Below are positions 1-9,466 of a stretch of DNA of 59,490 bases, piece by piece (within the stretch, counting starts at the first letter, position 1; each line of letters starts with the position of its first letter). The DNA is from a virus. Taxonomy: Duplodnaviria; Caudoviricetes. The notes under the pieces were generated by a model, which was not told where the DNA came from, made no database searches, and saw only the letters and a list, made by a program, of their open reading frames with translations. The stretch spans positions 1 to 59,490 of IMG/VR virus record IMGVR_UViG_3300023093_000001. One strand, written 5' to 3'. The position numbers and the translations under genes are program-made.

Positions 1-127
1 AGGTCGCCAGAGGGATCGATATCCCCACGAACAACAGTTCCGTTCTCAATCGCGAGCATACGCTCCATAGTAAAGACCTGAACGGTTCCCACTTCGTCTC
101 CCTTCTAGAGCGAACTAAGTTGATATG
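1..127. repeat. Direct terminal repeat, identical to 59364-59490 (circular assembly overlap)
   Basis: aggtcgccag...aagttgatatg occurs at both ends; 127 bp is a common assembler k-mer; it covers the start of the 597 aa gene. Confidence 0.95.
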
Positions 128-863
128 TGTCGCTACTCAACTGAATAACGCTCTCGTAAGTGAGCTCTGCTGTAGTTCCATCCACCATGTGAACGGCCCA
201 GTCTGGACCAGATATAGTGGCAGTTCCATCACCATTGTCGGTGACTCTGAAGACCGCGTGCTCTTCAAATATGGCAAGGAGCTCGGTAACCGTAGGCATG
301 TCGGGGTTTGACGCCGCATTACCATATAGTCGTTCTTCCAGAGCTGAGATAAGCCCCGGGTTGACCTGTGTCGTGTCCACAACGAAGTGGCTAGACGCAA
401 GCGCTCCAGGAACCATCTCGGGTCTGGTAGAAAATTGCCAACTGAAAAGCTCGATTTCAGGTGTGTTGTTGAGCGAGGCGTTGTTCCTCTGAGACGGGGT
501 AGCAAGAGCGTTATACACAAGATGAATCTTGTAGTGCCCGCCGGCTTGCATTGTCCGATATGAGAAGTCGAACGATCTACGCCCCTGCCCAGAGTAAATG
601 TCAGAATATCCGTCATAAGGCTCGAAGGCCTCCGGATAGGTAATGGCATCTACGCTTGCGGCGAAATCACCAAGTGAGATCTGCTGCTCGTGCCCAACGC
701 CATCGATATAGATCAGCTTCTGATCTGCACCTTCCGTCGTCTCCTTGACCGAGACAAGACCACTCCACGAATATCCAATGCCGTTCTTTGTGTAGAAGAC
801 ACCCCGATCAACACCGAACTCGTAGTTGACTTCGCCAGGAGACCCCCAGACTAGTTTGGTCAT
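105..863 (-). CDS. Major tail protein paralogue 3 (tail-tube-like)
   Basis: KLVW..GE..YE.GVDRGV.Y, W.GL..V.E and YKIHLVY motifs shared with 2262-3044 and 3625-4323. Confidence 0.85.
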   Translation of the reverse strand: MTKLVWGSPGEVNYEFGVDRGVFYTKNGIGYSWSGLVSVKETTEGADQKLIYIDGVGHEQQISLGDFAASVDAITYPEAFEPYDGYSDIYSGQGRRSFDFSYRTMQAGGHYKIHLVYNALATPSQRNNASLNNTPEIELFSWQFSTRPEMVPGALASSHFVVDTTQVNPGLISALEERLYGNAASNPDMPTVTELLAIFEEHAVFRVTDNGDGTATISGPDWAVHMVDGTTAELTYESVIQLSSDTYQLSSL

Positions 864-885
864 GAGGGTCTCCTTTCTTTTTGGA

Positions 886-2250
886 CTAAGCTAGCCCCAT
901 TGTTGTGAGATTGAATAAGCCAAACTCACCGATTTTTGCTGTTAGACTTGCCCCTACGGGAAGACTTCCAACGATAGAGGACACTTGCAGCGAGGTAGTG
1001 CCAGCTGGAACTACATATCGGAACCAATGCAAAGCAGATCCCGAAACAACAGAAAGCCCGCCAATTGGTGTTAGAGTTGGGGTTGTCCCGCCAGCGGCAA
1101 GCAGGCGAAGTCGCACCCCCGCAGTTGGTGAAGGAACAACCCCGCTAGCAGATACAATTTTTGTTCTAGCGCACAGCAGTACCGTGTCACCAGGTGCAAA
1201 ACCGGTAGAAACTGCAAACGACTTAAATTCTCGAAAGTTCGAAGCTGAAGCTGCCGCGACAAAAGCAACTTGCCAGGCAAGGCCTTTAAACTCAGAATCC
1301 GATACAAGCCCTTCTGTCCAGTCCGAAGAAGACGATCCGGAAGTTATCCATGATGTCGGCGTCGGCGATCCAGCACCCAGTAATGGATGAGCTAGAAGAT
1401 TGGCTACGTCTCCGATGTCTATAGTAGCCTTTATTGGCGAATAAGCATAGGACTGAACTTTAGAAGCCATCAACTGAGCCATAGCAATATGCGCCGTTTG
1501 TGACGGGTGCAGTCCATCGCCTGAGTCATAAGCAGCTAAATATTGTCCAGTTAGCGGATCAACCAAAAGTGAGAAGAAATCAATTAGCTCGAATCCTCCG
1601 CGATCATCTGGAAATTCCGCACCATTTCGAGCGTATTCTCTAAGCCAGGCATTCCACTTCAGAGTAGTGGTCAGACGAAGTGCCGTATGCATTGCTCCGC
1701 CACGAGGAGGGATGGTACATAGAATTACCCGAATGCCAGAAGCCCGAAGTGAAGAACAAATAGCCCTAATGTCGCTTTTAAAAGCAGCAAACGCCACGCT
1801 ACCATCACTACCACTTGCTGTGATGTTATTAGTTCCGGCCAAAACAGAAACAATTGATGGCGAGAGAGCGAGAGCATCGTTTATCCTAGCCAGGATTTGG
1901 GCCGAGGTATTGCCAGCAACTCCGGCATTCCCCCGAAAATTGAGACGCTGATCAGTAAGAGCACAGACCATCTGAGGCCAGGCACCACCATATCCAGCAC
2001 CACCAGCCGAAACATCCTGAGCGGTAGATATGGAATCTCCGAATGCTAAGAAGCCACTTCCGGTTGGACGCAACTGGTATAGCGAAGGTAGTCCAGCCAG
2101 AGTTGCCTCAAGGGGTCCTAGTTCAGAATCGATTTCGTTAGACACGGCCGACTTAGTGCTTTCCGAAAGCCCAGCAGGCTCGGTTTGAATAGCCAAAGCA
2201 GACAGTTGTTCGTCTATCTTTTGTTTGGTATAACTTTGAACCTGTCCCAT
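886..2250 (-). CDS. SGNH/GDSL hydrolase-domain tail-associated protein
   Basis: SGNH blocks FGDSI, NAGVAG, AGTNN, DGLHP; beta-rich C-terminus; located in the tail operon. Confidence 0.8.
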   Translation of the reverse strand: MGQVQSYTKQKIDEQLSALAIQTEPAGLSESTKSAVSNEIDSELGPLEATLAGLPSLYQLRPTGSGFLAFGDSISTAQDVSAGGAGYGGAWPQMVCALTDQRLNFRGNAGVAGNTSAQILARINDALALSPSIVSVLAGTNNITASGSDGSVAFAAFKSDIRAICSSLRASGIRVILCTIPPRGGAMHTALRLTTTLKWNAWLREYARNGAEFPDDRGGFELIDFFSLLVDPLTGQYLAAYDSGDGLHPSQTAHIAMAQLMASKVQSYAYSPIKATIDIGDVANLLAHPLLGAGSPTPTSWITSGSSSSDWTEGLVSDSEFKGLAWQVAFVAAASASNFREFKSFAVSTGFAPGDTVLLCARTKIVSASGVVPSPTAGVRLRLLAAGGTTPTLTPIGGLSVVSGSALHWFRYVVPAGTTSLQVSSIVGSLPVGASLTAKIGEFGLFNLTTMGLA

Positions 2251-2261
2251 GGCCTTATTCC

Positions 2262-3044
2262 TTAATATGAGATTGAAAAAGTCCCGTCAGGGTTGGAAGT
2301 TACAGCAGAATCATCTAGTGCAAAGACATTACCATCGGTACTGACCCCAAGTCCTTCAGCCGTATATCCACCAACACCATCCTCGGTAATGTTCAAAGGG
2401 AGGTCCGGCGCCGCAAACAACACCAAAAGATCGGAAACACTGATCAGGCTAGGCGCGGAAGTAGTGGTTCCGTATAGAATTTCTTCCAAAGCCTGCATCT
2501 TTTGCGTGCCTGCTTCAATTGAAGAGACTACAAAATGAGAAGTAGGTTTAATTCCCGGAGCAATTGGTGGCCTCGTAGAAATATTCCAACTAAGGCCCAA
2601 AGGGTCGATAGTATTTGAAGTGGAGTTATTATCTCTACCGGAAGGGGCTGCTAGTGCGTTATACACCAAATGAAGTTTATACCCACTATTCAGACCAATT
2701 ACATCATTGCCAATTTTAGATCTATAACTAAATCCAAACGGCTTACGAGGTTGCTGAGTGGCGAAGAGTCCTGCTGCCAGACGTAAATTCCCCTCACATA
2801 GAGCAAACTCAGGTGGTGAAGAGAAAGCTTCCAGAGTGGCGTTGAATTCCTCTGCTGCCGCGACATTGGCATACTTCGTGCCGTCTAAGTAGTAAGGTTG
2901 CGGATCTCCCCCCGAAGGCGCCTCTTTTACCGACTTAAGTCCATTCCACGCCACTCCGGAAAATCCCGGAACGTAAAGAACTCCACGGTCGACACCTGCT
3001 TCAAACGTGCGCTCTCCTGCTGCGCCCCAAACAAGTTTGGCCAT
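2262..3044 (-). CDS. Major tail protein paralogue 2
   Basis: Clear similarity to 3625-4323 (GVDRGV, WNGL, EEF.AT.EAF, FGFSYRSKIGND). Confidence 0.85.
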   Translation of the reverse strand: MAKLVWGAAGERTFEAGVDRGVLYVPGFSGVAWNGLKSVKEAPSGGDPQPYYLDGTKYANVAAAEEFNATLEAFSSPPEFALCEGNLRLAAGLFATQQPRKPFGFSYRSKIGNDVIGLNSGYKLHLVYNALAAPSGRDNNSTSNTIDPLGLSWNISTRPPIAPGIKPTSHFVVSSIEAGTQKMQALEEILYGTTTSAPSLISVSDLLVLFAAPDLPLNITEDGVGGYTAEGLGVSTDGNVFALDDSAVTSNPDGTFSISY

Positions 3045-3052
3045 GGCTCCTC

Positions 3053-3601
3053 CTATCCCTTGGTTCCGAGTTCTGCCTGACGCTGCTTGTTGAGCATGCG
3101 GCGAGAAGCTGCCTGATCGCGAGTGCCCATCTTAGAGCGCTTAGCGGGCTTATTCTTCTCGTTACATACCTTGATCAGCGTCAGAAGTTTGTTGAAGTGC
3201 CAGTACTGATACTCTGGAGGGATGTTATGAGCAATCATCCAGTAGTAAACGATCTCTGCAGTGACGATCTCAGAGCTAGGCCTAGCATAGGGGTCCTCAG
3301 TAAACCAAGTAGCCGTCTGCTTCGAGTTAATGTATGCGGCTATCTGAGAGACTTGCTCAGAAGATAGCTTGTTATAGACGTCTTCGGACGGAACCGGAGC
3401 AAGATTCATGCATGAAACATAGCCTCGAGTCTCTTCGTCTGTCCTGGTAGATCCATCTAGGAACGGCTTGTTCCAGATTGACTCCCATTTTGAAAGGGAG
3501 GCCAGAGAGTGCTCTAAGAGCAGAGTTGCACCCGGCGACGTGAAGAAAGTGTTGCTCTCTTCGTCGAAGAGTTTGGCTTCTGGTATCTCTATGGTGAGCA
3601 C
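3053..3601 (-). CDS. Probable tail assembly chaperone
   Basis: Directly after the major tail gene; LEHSL.SLSKWES and WH.NKLLTLI motifs. Confidence 0.6.
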   Translation of the reverse strand: MLTIEIPEAKLFDEESNTFFTSPGATLLLEHSLASLSKWESIWNKPFLDGSTRTDEETRGYVSCMNLAPVPSEDVYNKLSSEQVSQIAAYINSKQTATWFTEDPYARPSSEIVTAEIVYYWMIAHNIPPEYQYWHFNKLLTLIKVCNEKNKPAKRSKMGTRDQAASRRMLNKQRQAELGTKG

Positions 3602-3624
3602 TCTCTGGCTCCTTTCTGTTGTGG

Positions 3625-4323
3625 TTACGCGCCGAAGATCGTGACGAACTCGGCGGGGAACGGCATGCGCGGGTCCACGCCACCAACCTCTGGGGTTCCA
3701 GTGCCGGCAGTGCCGTACAGGATTTCCTCGAGGTCTGCGAGGGCGTCAGCGTCCACATCGAGCGAGGAGACGGAGAGATGAGCGGTCGGAGCGTACAGGA
3801 CGCCACCGATCGTGCCAACCTCAACCGCGGTCGTCGAGATCTCCCAGCTGAAGGTCGAAGCCTCCGGGCTATCGTTGACGGTCGCGCGAGCCTTCTCAGA
3901 CGGAGCCGCAAGGCAGCCGTAGATGAGGTGGATCTTGTAGCCGGCGTCCTGACCAACCAGGTCGTTACCGATCTTTGTGCGGTAACTGAACCCGAAGGTC
4001 TCGCGCGCCTGCTGACCGATCTCGACACCGGGGACGATCTCCATGGTGCCGTCTGCGTACCCGAACTCATCGGGGTAGGTGAACGCCTCGATAGTCGCTG
4101 CGAACTCCTCTGCCGAAATGAGGTTCAGGTACTTCATGTTGTCGGCGTACTGAGGCGAGGCCTCGGCGCCAGACGGCGACTCCGTGACAGTGGTCAGACC
4201 ATTCCAGCCATAACCCTTGTTGTAGATGCCGGTCGTCTTGTCTCGACGGTAGAACACGCCGTGGTCAACGCCAGTTTCAAACCGACGCTCTCCAGGACGG
4301 TCCCAAACGATTTTTGGTGCCAT
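3625..4323 (-). CDS. Major tail protein
   Basis: phi13-like MTP motifs (YADNMKY, FSWEISTT); strongly biased codon usage; follows the tail terminator. Confidence 0.9.
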   Translation of the reverse strand: MAPKIVWDRPGERRFETGVDHGVFYRRDKTTGIYNKGYGWNGLTTVTESPSGAEASPQYADNMKYLNLISAEEFAATIEAFTYPDEFGYADGTMEIVPGVEIGQQARETFGFSYRTKIGNDLVGQDAGYKIHLIYGCLAAPSEKARATVNDSPEASTFSWEISTTAVEVGTIGGVLYAPTAHLSVSSLDVDADALADLEEILYGTAGTGTPEVGGVDPRMPFPAEFVTIFGA

Positions 4324-4337
4324 GTTGTCTTTGCTCC

Positions 4338-4637
4338 TTAGAAGAATGTTTTGTAAACGTAGTGATGCAAGCCATCTGAAACGAAATGCCGAAGTAGTTT
4401 AGACATCGGTAAAAGTGAAAGCTTTCCACGAATATCGGTGTCTGGATCTTCCGCAATTACAGTGACTTGATACCCCAACGTTAGGTTGTAAGGATTATTG
4501 TCGGCGTAATCGACGTACTCTTCATCGATTTCATATACGATGCAGGGAAACGTCATTCGGTCTTCGGCGGGCGGGTCGAAATATACTGTGTCTGTCAGGG
4601 TCTTAAGTAGAGCCTGCAACGACAGTCGTTGTCCCAT
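4338..4637 (-). CDS. Tail terminator / tail completion protein
   Basis: VYFDPP..MTFPCIVY; synteny. Confidence 0.7.
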   Translation of the reverse strand: MGQRLSLQALLKTLTDTVYFDPPAEDRMTFPCIVYEIDEEYVDYADNNPYNLTLGYQVTVIAEDPDTDIRGKLSLLPMSKLLRHFVSDGLHHYVYKTFF

Positions 4638-4947
4638 GGTAGACACCTCCCGGCGTAATGTTGACCCGGGGGCTCACGTACTCAATATCTCTAATGAGCC
4701 AGCGAACCCCCTTCCAACGAATATACCGAATGGCTTCGAAGTTCTCACTGGCGTAAGCATCAGCCATAAGGCTGAAACGATTACCAATGGTGCGGTCGTT
4801 GTTTACCTTGTCCGCCTCCACCTGGGCTCGGGTATTACGCAAGACATCGCCATAGAGCATTCGCTCCGTGATGACATCTACGAACTTACCCGAGCCCGGT
4901 GGACGTTCTACCGACTCGCCGTAACCGACTGCGTCGAAGAACTTCAT
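4603..4947 (-). CDS. Head-to-tail stopper
   Basis: Size and synteny after the capsid gene; YIRWKGVRW motif. Confidence 0.65.
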   Translation of the reverse strand: MKFFDAVGYGESVERPPGSGKFVDVITERMLYGDVLRNTRAQVEADKVNNDRTIGNRFSLMADAYASENFEAIRYIRWKGVRWLIRDIEYVSPRVNITPGGVYHGTTTVVAGST

Positions 4948-4959
4948 GCCGTCAGATCC

Positions 4960-7038
4960 TTACTCCTCGTACTGGAAGTTCCAGGAGCGAGTGGTGTTCG
5001 GCGCCAGGTAGTGACCCGACTTCGCCTCGACCTCGACCGTGGTGTCCTCCGTGATCACGACGGAGCCGGTGACGACCTCGCCATCGATCGTGTAGTTCAC
5101 ATCGGCGTTGACCGGGATCACGATCGTGTTGGTCGACGGGGTGAAGGTCGGCTGTGCTGCGGTCGCCAGGGTGCCGCTGTCGCGGGTCACGACGATGGCC
5201 GAGTACGGCTTCGTCAGGGCGCCCGACAGACGGGTCTCCATCAGGTACTTCTCCTGGTTGAAGTCGATGTCGAAGTCGTCGAAGAACGCGACCTGACCAC
5301 CAGCGTTGGTACCCGTGGAGTAGTCCGAGAGGTTCACGATGATGCCGAGCAGGCTCGGGTACTCGTTGAACAGCTCGACGGTGACGATGTCCTTCACACG
5401 AAGCGCGGTTGCCAGAGCAGCCTCGGACTCGTACTTGCGACGACCGAACTTGTCCTCCTCGAGGAGGATGTCGACGAGCAGATCATCGCTGGTGAACAGC
5501 GTCGGGTTGCCCGAACCGCGGTAACCGGTGCGCGAGCGGGTGATCTCCTTGACGAGCTCGGCGTTCGAGCTGTTTGCGGCGATCGGCTTCTTGATCGCGT
5601 AGAGGTCATCTTCGTGGTAGATCGAGCGGATGCCGATACCGTCGACCTGACCGGACGGGTCCTTGATCTTGTCCGGGCTGCCGTTGGAGCGACCGTCGCC
5701 GACCAGGATCGCGCGAGCGATTTCCTCGTCGAGCATGAAGCGGATCTCCCACTTGAGCCACACCACGACGTTGAAGTCGGTGATGTCGATGATGTCATCC
5801 CGGTCCAGCTTCTGCTTCTTGTAGACCGTGGTCGGGCTGGTGGTACGCTTGAGCAGCTCGAGGACCTCTTCGGTCTTCCGGTTGCCCTTGACGTAACCCT
5901 TCGCACGAGCCTCGGGGCCGGTGATGTCGAACGTCAGCGACTTGATGCGCGCGTACGGCAGCTTCTTGACGCCGTCGAGAACCTTGGCGACCCACTCGGT
6001 ACGGCGGGCGACGAGCTCGGGAGCCGAAGTCGCGAGCTGTGCGTCGGGGAACAGGCGCTCGATGTCGTTGATGCCGAAGTCGCCGGCGTGCTCGAGGTAG
6101 GAGTCCTTGAGGGAGCCGTACTTCTTGCCGTCTGCCATCAGGGTCTTGAGGTTGTCGTGGCTGAGGGACTCTCCGCCGCCCTGGTTGCCCTGCTTCTGCT
6201 TGGCCTGCTCTTCGAACATGTTCATTGCGTGGGTGAATCCTTCCTGGTATCCCGCGAACGCGGTGTGCTTGAGGGTCTCGTTGTCGAGGTCCTCATCGGT
6301 GTCAGTGTCGGTGTCGCTGTCAGTGTCGCTGTGCGCAGCACTCTTGTCTGCGGCGAGGGCTTCTCCGACGATGATGTCGATTGCTGCCTTCTGGTCGTCC
6401 GTCATTGCGTCGTAGATCTCGCCTACGGCTTTGGTTTCGTTTGCCACGGTGTTTGCTCCTTTGTTATCGGTGCTGGAATCAGCATGTTCGAGGTTCTCCT
6501 TTTTGGATTCTTCCTCGGGTTCTTCTTTGTCACTGCTGATAGCAGCAGGCGAAGGATCGATTACAACATCGTCGTCGGTGGTGATAACACCCTCGTCTTC
6601 GTGAAGCTCGGAACCGTCGCTGTGACTGAAACTGACGTTATCGATGAAAGCGCCAGGATTTGCGCCAGCCATTACCAGGCTGACTTCTCGGATTTCCCCA
6701 TGAACGACATCCTTACGCCCGGGCCCGTTCTTCTTGAGTCCGTTGGCAAAGATGCTGAGCATGTTGATGTCGCCGTGTCGAACTGCTTCTTTTGCGGTCT
6801 GAGCTTTCTCAGAGTCGTTGAAGAAGCCTAGGGCGTAAACCCCATCGGCACGGTTTTCGAGGATTGCGTGCCCGAGAATGTTCTCGGGGCTGTCGACGCC
6901 CTGATGGTGCCACACGAGAGGGATCTGCTTGCCATCGTTATGTGCAAACGCCCCGCCCTTGATGGTCAATCCATCTGAGCAAACAAGATCGTTCTTGGTA
7001 GCATAGCCTCCGAAATCAGGCTGCTTCTTTACTCCCAT
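4960..7038 (-). CDS. Prohead protease-major capsid protein fusion (HK97 fold)
   Basis: N-terminal HK97-type protease (PLVWHH, LSI, EVSLV..GANPGA), acidic linker, capsid domain (EEIARAILVGDG, FDIDFNQEKYLMETRLSG), short Ig-like C-terminus. Confidence 0.92.
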   Translation of the reverse strand: MGVKKQPDFGGYATKNDLVCSDGLTIKGGAFAHNDGKQIPLVWHHQGVDSPENILGHAILENRADGVYALGFFNDSEKAQTAKEAVRHGDINMLSIFANGLKKNGPGRKDVVHGEIREVSLVMAGANPGAFIDNVSFSHSDGSELHEDEGVITTDDDVVIDPSPAAISSDKEEPEEESKKENLEHADSSTDNKGANTVANETKAVGEIYDAMTDDQKAAIDIIVGEALAADKSAAHSDTDSDTDTDTDEDLDNETLKHTAFAGYQEGFTHAMNMFEEQAKQKQGNQGGGESLSHDNLKTLMADGKKYGSLKDSYLEHAGDFGINDIERLFPDAQLATSAPELVARRTEWVAKVLDGVKKLPYARIKSLTFDITGPEARAKGYVKGNRKTEEVLELLKRTTSPTTVYKKQKLDRDDIIDITDFNVVVWLKWEIRFMLDEEIARAILVGDGRSNGSPDKIKDPSGQVDGIGIRSIYHEDDLYAIKKPIAANSSNAELVKEITRSRTGYRGSGNPTLFTSDDLLVDILLEEDKFGRRKYESEAALATALRVKDIVTVELFNEYPSLLGIIVNLSDYSTGTNAGGQVAFFDDFDIDFNQEKYLMETRLSGALTKPYSAIVVTRDSGTLATAAQPTFTPSTNTIVIPVNADVNYTIDGEVVTGSVVITEDTTVEVEAKSGHYLAPNTTRSWNFQYEE

Positions 7039-7080
7039 TTTGAACGGATCTCCCTTCTTGTTAGGTTTTGGATCAGATGG

Positions 7081-8337
7081 TTAGGTTTGACCGTTCGTTG
7101 GCGCCACCCCCGTGTCTGTTGAGTCCGTTGGAAGCTGTTCTCCACCACGCTTATCTACCGGCATGTTGGAGTTTGTCAACGTGTCTGCCTTCGGATCGGG
7201 ATGAGGCTTCCAACCGGCTACCGATCGAATCTCATTCGCCGTAGCGATCTCGTTGCGTGTGAACTTCTCACCGATGTCCGCGATCTGCGACATGGGGAGC
7301 AGCTTCAGTGGGTCACGGAAGAACTCGATTGACTGGAACTGACTGCGAGCAGTCTTAGTCAGGAATCGAGCTTTCATGGCCTGCGTCACCGCGGTCAACA
7401 GAGGTTCGATGGTACGGTTGAAGTAGTTCAGCATCTCTGCCTCACTGGCCGTCCCATTGAAGATCGCTTCCGTAAGCCCCAACTGCGAGTACAACAGCTT
7501 AGTGAGATACTCGATCTGGCCAAGCAGATTGTTCTCCGCCGGCCGGTTCAGCTGGGTGATCCGTTCGGTACCATCCGTATAGGCGATTCCGTACTTAGAG
7601 CCCTTGAGCTGGACCTCGATGTCGTTTCGCCGCTGCTCAGCCTGCTTCCGACGCGCATCAGACTTGATTACGTATGGTAGCTGGATGATCAGATCGAGCT
7701 TGCCCGAACCAGCAGCCTCATCTACAGCGTCCAGGATAGAAAGCTTCCTGATAAGCCGCTGAAGAGTGGAGTTGGGCTGGTTCATCACCTCAAACAGAGG
7801 ATTCTCGACGATGGCAACGACATCTTTTGGAAGGAGCACCTCCTGGATTTCACCGATCCGGTCGTTGTAGACGGCAACACGAACATGTCGAGGACTCCAC
7901 TTAAGGATCTCCCCAACTCGCATCGTGTTGATGTCGTACGACCCGGTAACCTTTGGATTGAGCGATGTGTCGATCGGAACAATAGCAACTACGCCCTTGT
8001 CGAACATGGACCAGAACAAGTTCTGCTTGAACATGCGTCCACCCTGGTCGATGTTAGCTTCCAAAGAAAGACAGTTGTTCAGACCGCTCTGAATTGTCTC
8101 GACGTAGCGTTCATCGTCGTCCAATCGAACATGCTTGATGTCAACCGAAGCGGCATCGATAGCCATTCGAGCATACATCGACGAAACTATCGAACGTTCG
8201 TTCTTGCTGTACGTCTGCGGTCGATCCGGACGGATTGCGTACCCCTGACCATAGCTGGTATAGGGGGCTTCGTTCTCATTCGAGTCTCGATCGTTAAAGG
8301 CGTTCCATGCGTGGTATAGACGATCTGCAAATGCCAT
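7081..8337 (-). CDS. Portal protein
   Basis: 418 aa between TerL and protease; TANEIRS...P..DP.AD.L C-terminal portal motif. Confidence 0.9.
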   Translation of the reverse strand: MAFADRLYHAWNAFNDRDSNENEAPYTSYGQGYAIRPDRPQTYSKNERSIVSSMYARMAIDAASVDIKHVRLDDDERYVETIQSGLNNCLSLEANIDQGGRMFKQNLFWSMFDKGVVAIVPIDTSLNPKVTGSYDINTMRVGEILKWSPRHVRVAVYNDRIGEIQEVLLPKDVVAIVENPLFEVMNQPNSTLQRLIRKLSILDAVDEAAGSGKLDLIIQLPYVIKSDARRKQAEQRRNDIEVQLKGSKYGIAYTDGTERITQLNRPAENNLLGQIEYLTKLLYSQLGLTEAIFNGTASEAEMLNYFNRTIEPLLTAVTQAMKARFLTKTARSQFQSIEFFRDPLKLLPMSQIADIGEKFTRNEIATANEIRSVAGWKPHPDPKADTLTNSNMPVDKRGGEQLPTDSTDTGVAPTNGQT

Positions 8338-8377
8338 GCGTCACCTCCTCTCTATATGTAGTCATGGGTGAGAGGGG

Positions 8378-9466
8378 CTAGCCCTTTTTGACGGTGCGCT
8401 TTGCCAGGGCGAGGTTGATGATATGGCCGTACGCTCCACCAACAGCCACTACGACCGCTTCCCTGCCAGCTTTAGCTAGAGCGGCATCGTGCTTGTCGTC
8501 CGCCTTCTTGTCGCGGGCGGCTCTAAGAGCGACCTTTGTTGCGGCGGCTCCAGCAGTCCCCTTAGATGACTTATATGCAATTTTAGCGTCTTTGACAGCG
8601 GCCTTATTCTCGCCACTGAACGTACGCTTACGAGCAGCATCGATTGCTGCGGATCGCTCGGCGCTGCCATCTGCGCGAGACTTGCTATTACCCGTTGAAG
8701 TGCGTGCTTTACCAGCGATACCAAGACCATAGTCCATTTGTCGATGGCCCCACTTCATACCCTTCTTGCCGTAATGCTCGAGGAAGTCAGCCTGCTCTTC
8801 ATCGGTCATGTCTGCTCGGTACCCGACGTGCTCGAGGAAGTCTTCCTCAGACAGCATTCCGGACAGATCTACATCTGCCATGCGTTGGCCTTTCTGGGCT
8901 GAATGTGTGAGTGTGTCGGGAGGCAGTGGTTTGTCGCCCATCTTGGTGAAGCCCTTGCTCGGATCGAACGTTAGAGCAAAAATTAGCCGAGATGGAGTGT
9001 CGGCATGTGTCACCGCTTGCGAATCGACCATCTCGGCGTAGTAGTTACCCTTGCCGTCATGTGAAACTTCCGCACTGTAGCGACCAGAAGGTGACGTGCC
9101 GTAAGTCTCTTTGACCGTCTCAGCAAATACCTTATTGGTGAGCTTCTCGTAATCCTTGTAGTACTCTTGGACTTTTGGGTCGCTCTCATCGGAGAAGTCC
9201 TTGATCTTCTTGTACTTCGGATTCGCGTTAAACTTCTCAATGCCGCCATTATTCATCTTGTCTGCGACCTTGTTGTGTACAGCGATATAAGCAGCGGCCC
9301 CGTGCGAGCTTTCCTCCCACTTGGCATCCGCTTTTACCAACTTCTTCTGAGCACCTCGGTCTCCGGCCGCAGCCTTGTCCCGAATAACACCCCACTTCAT
9401 GCCTTTTACACCGGACTGTTCGAGGAATTGATCCTCGGTCATCATTCCGGTCAGAATGTCTGTCAC
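8378..9466 (-). CDS. Putative internal head (poly)protein with two KGMKWG motifs
   Basis: FLEQSGVKGMKWG and FLEHYGKKGMKWG; GTG start overlaps the TerL stop; possible internal start (MADVDL). Confidence 0.65.
   Translation of the reverse strand: MTDILTGMMTEDQFLEQSGVKGMKWGVIRDKAAAGDRGAQKKLVKADAKWEESSHGAAAYIAVHNKVADKMNNGGIEKFNANPKYKKIKDFSDESDPKVQEYYKDYEKLTNKVFAETVKETYGTSPSGRYSAEVSHDGKGNYYAEMVDSQAVTHADTPSRLIFALTFDPSKGFTKMGDKPLPPDTLTHSAQKGQRMADVDLSGMLSEEDFLEHVGYRADMTDEEQADFLEHYGKKGMKWGHRQMDYGLGIAGKARTSTGNSKSRADGSAERSAAIDAARKRTFSGENKAAVKDAKIAYKSSKGTAGAAATKVALRAARDKKADDKHDAALAKAGREAVVVAVGGAYGHIINLALAKRTVKKG

Noticed and set aside
1-127. Terminal repeat as a biological DTR
   Set aside because: 127 bp equals a typical assembler k-mer and it spans gene ends within the tail operon; it indicates circular assembly only
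3053-3601. Programmed frameshift in the tail chaperone
   Set aside because: No convincing slippery site or downstream extension ORF identified
6296-6332. Hexamer-like tandem repeat
   Set aside because: Simply encodes the acidic DTDSDTDTD linker in the capsid precursor
4540-6831. Long plus-strand ORFs (763 aa here; also 36521-37975, 45642-46757, 53883-55061)
   Set aside because: Antisense shadows of codon-biased minus-strand genes, with no recognisable motifs
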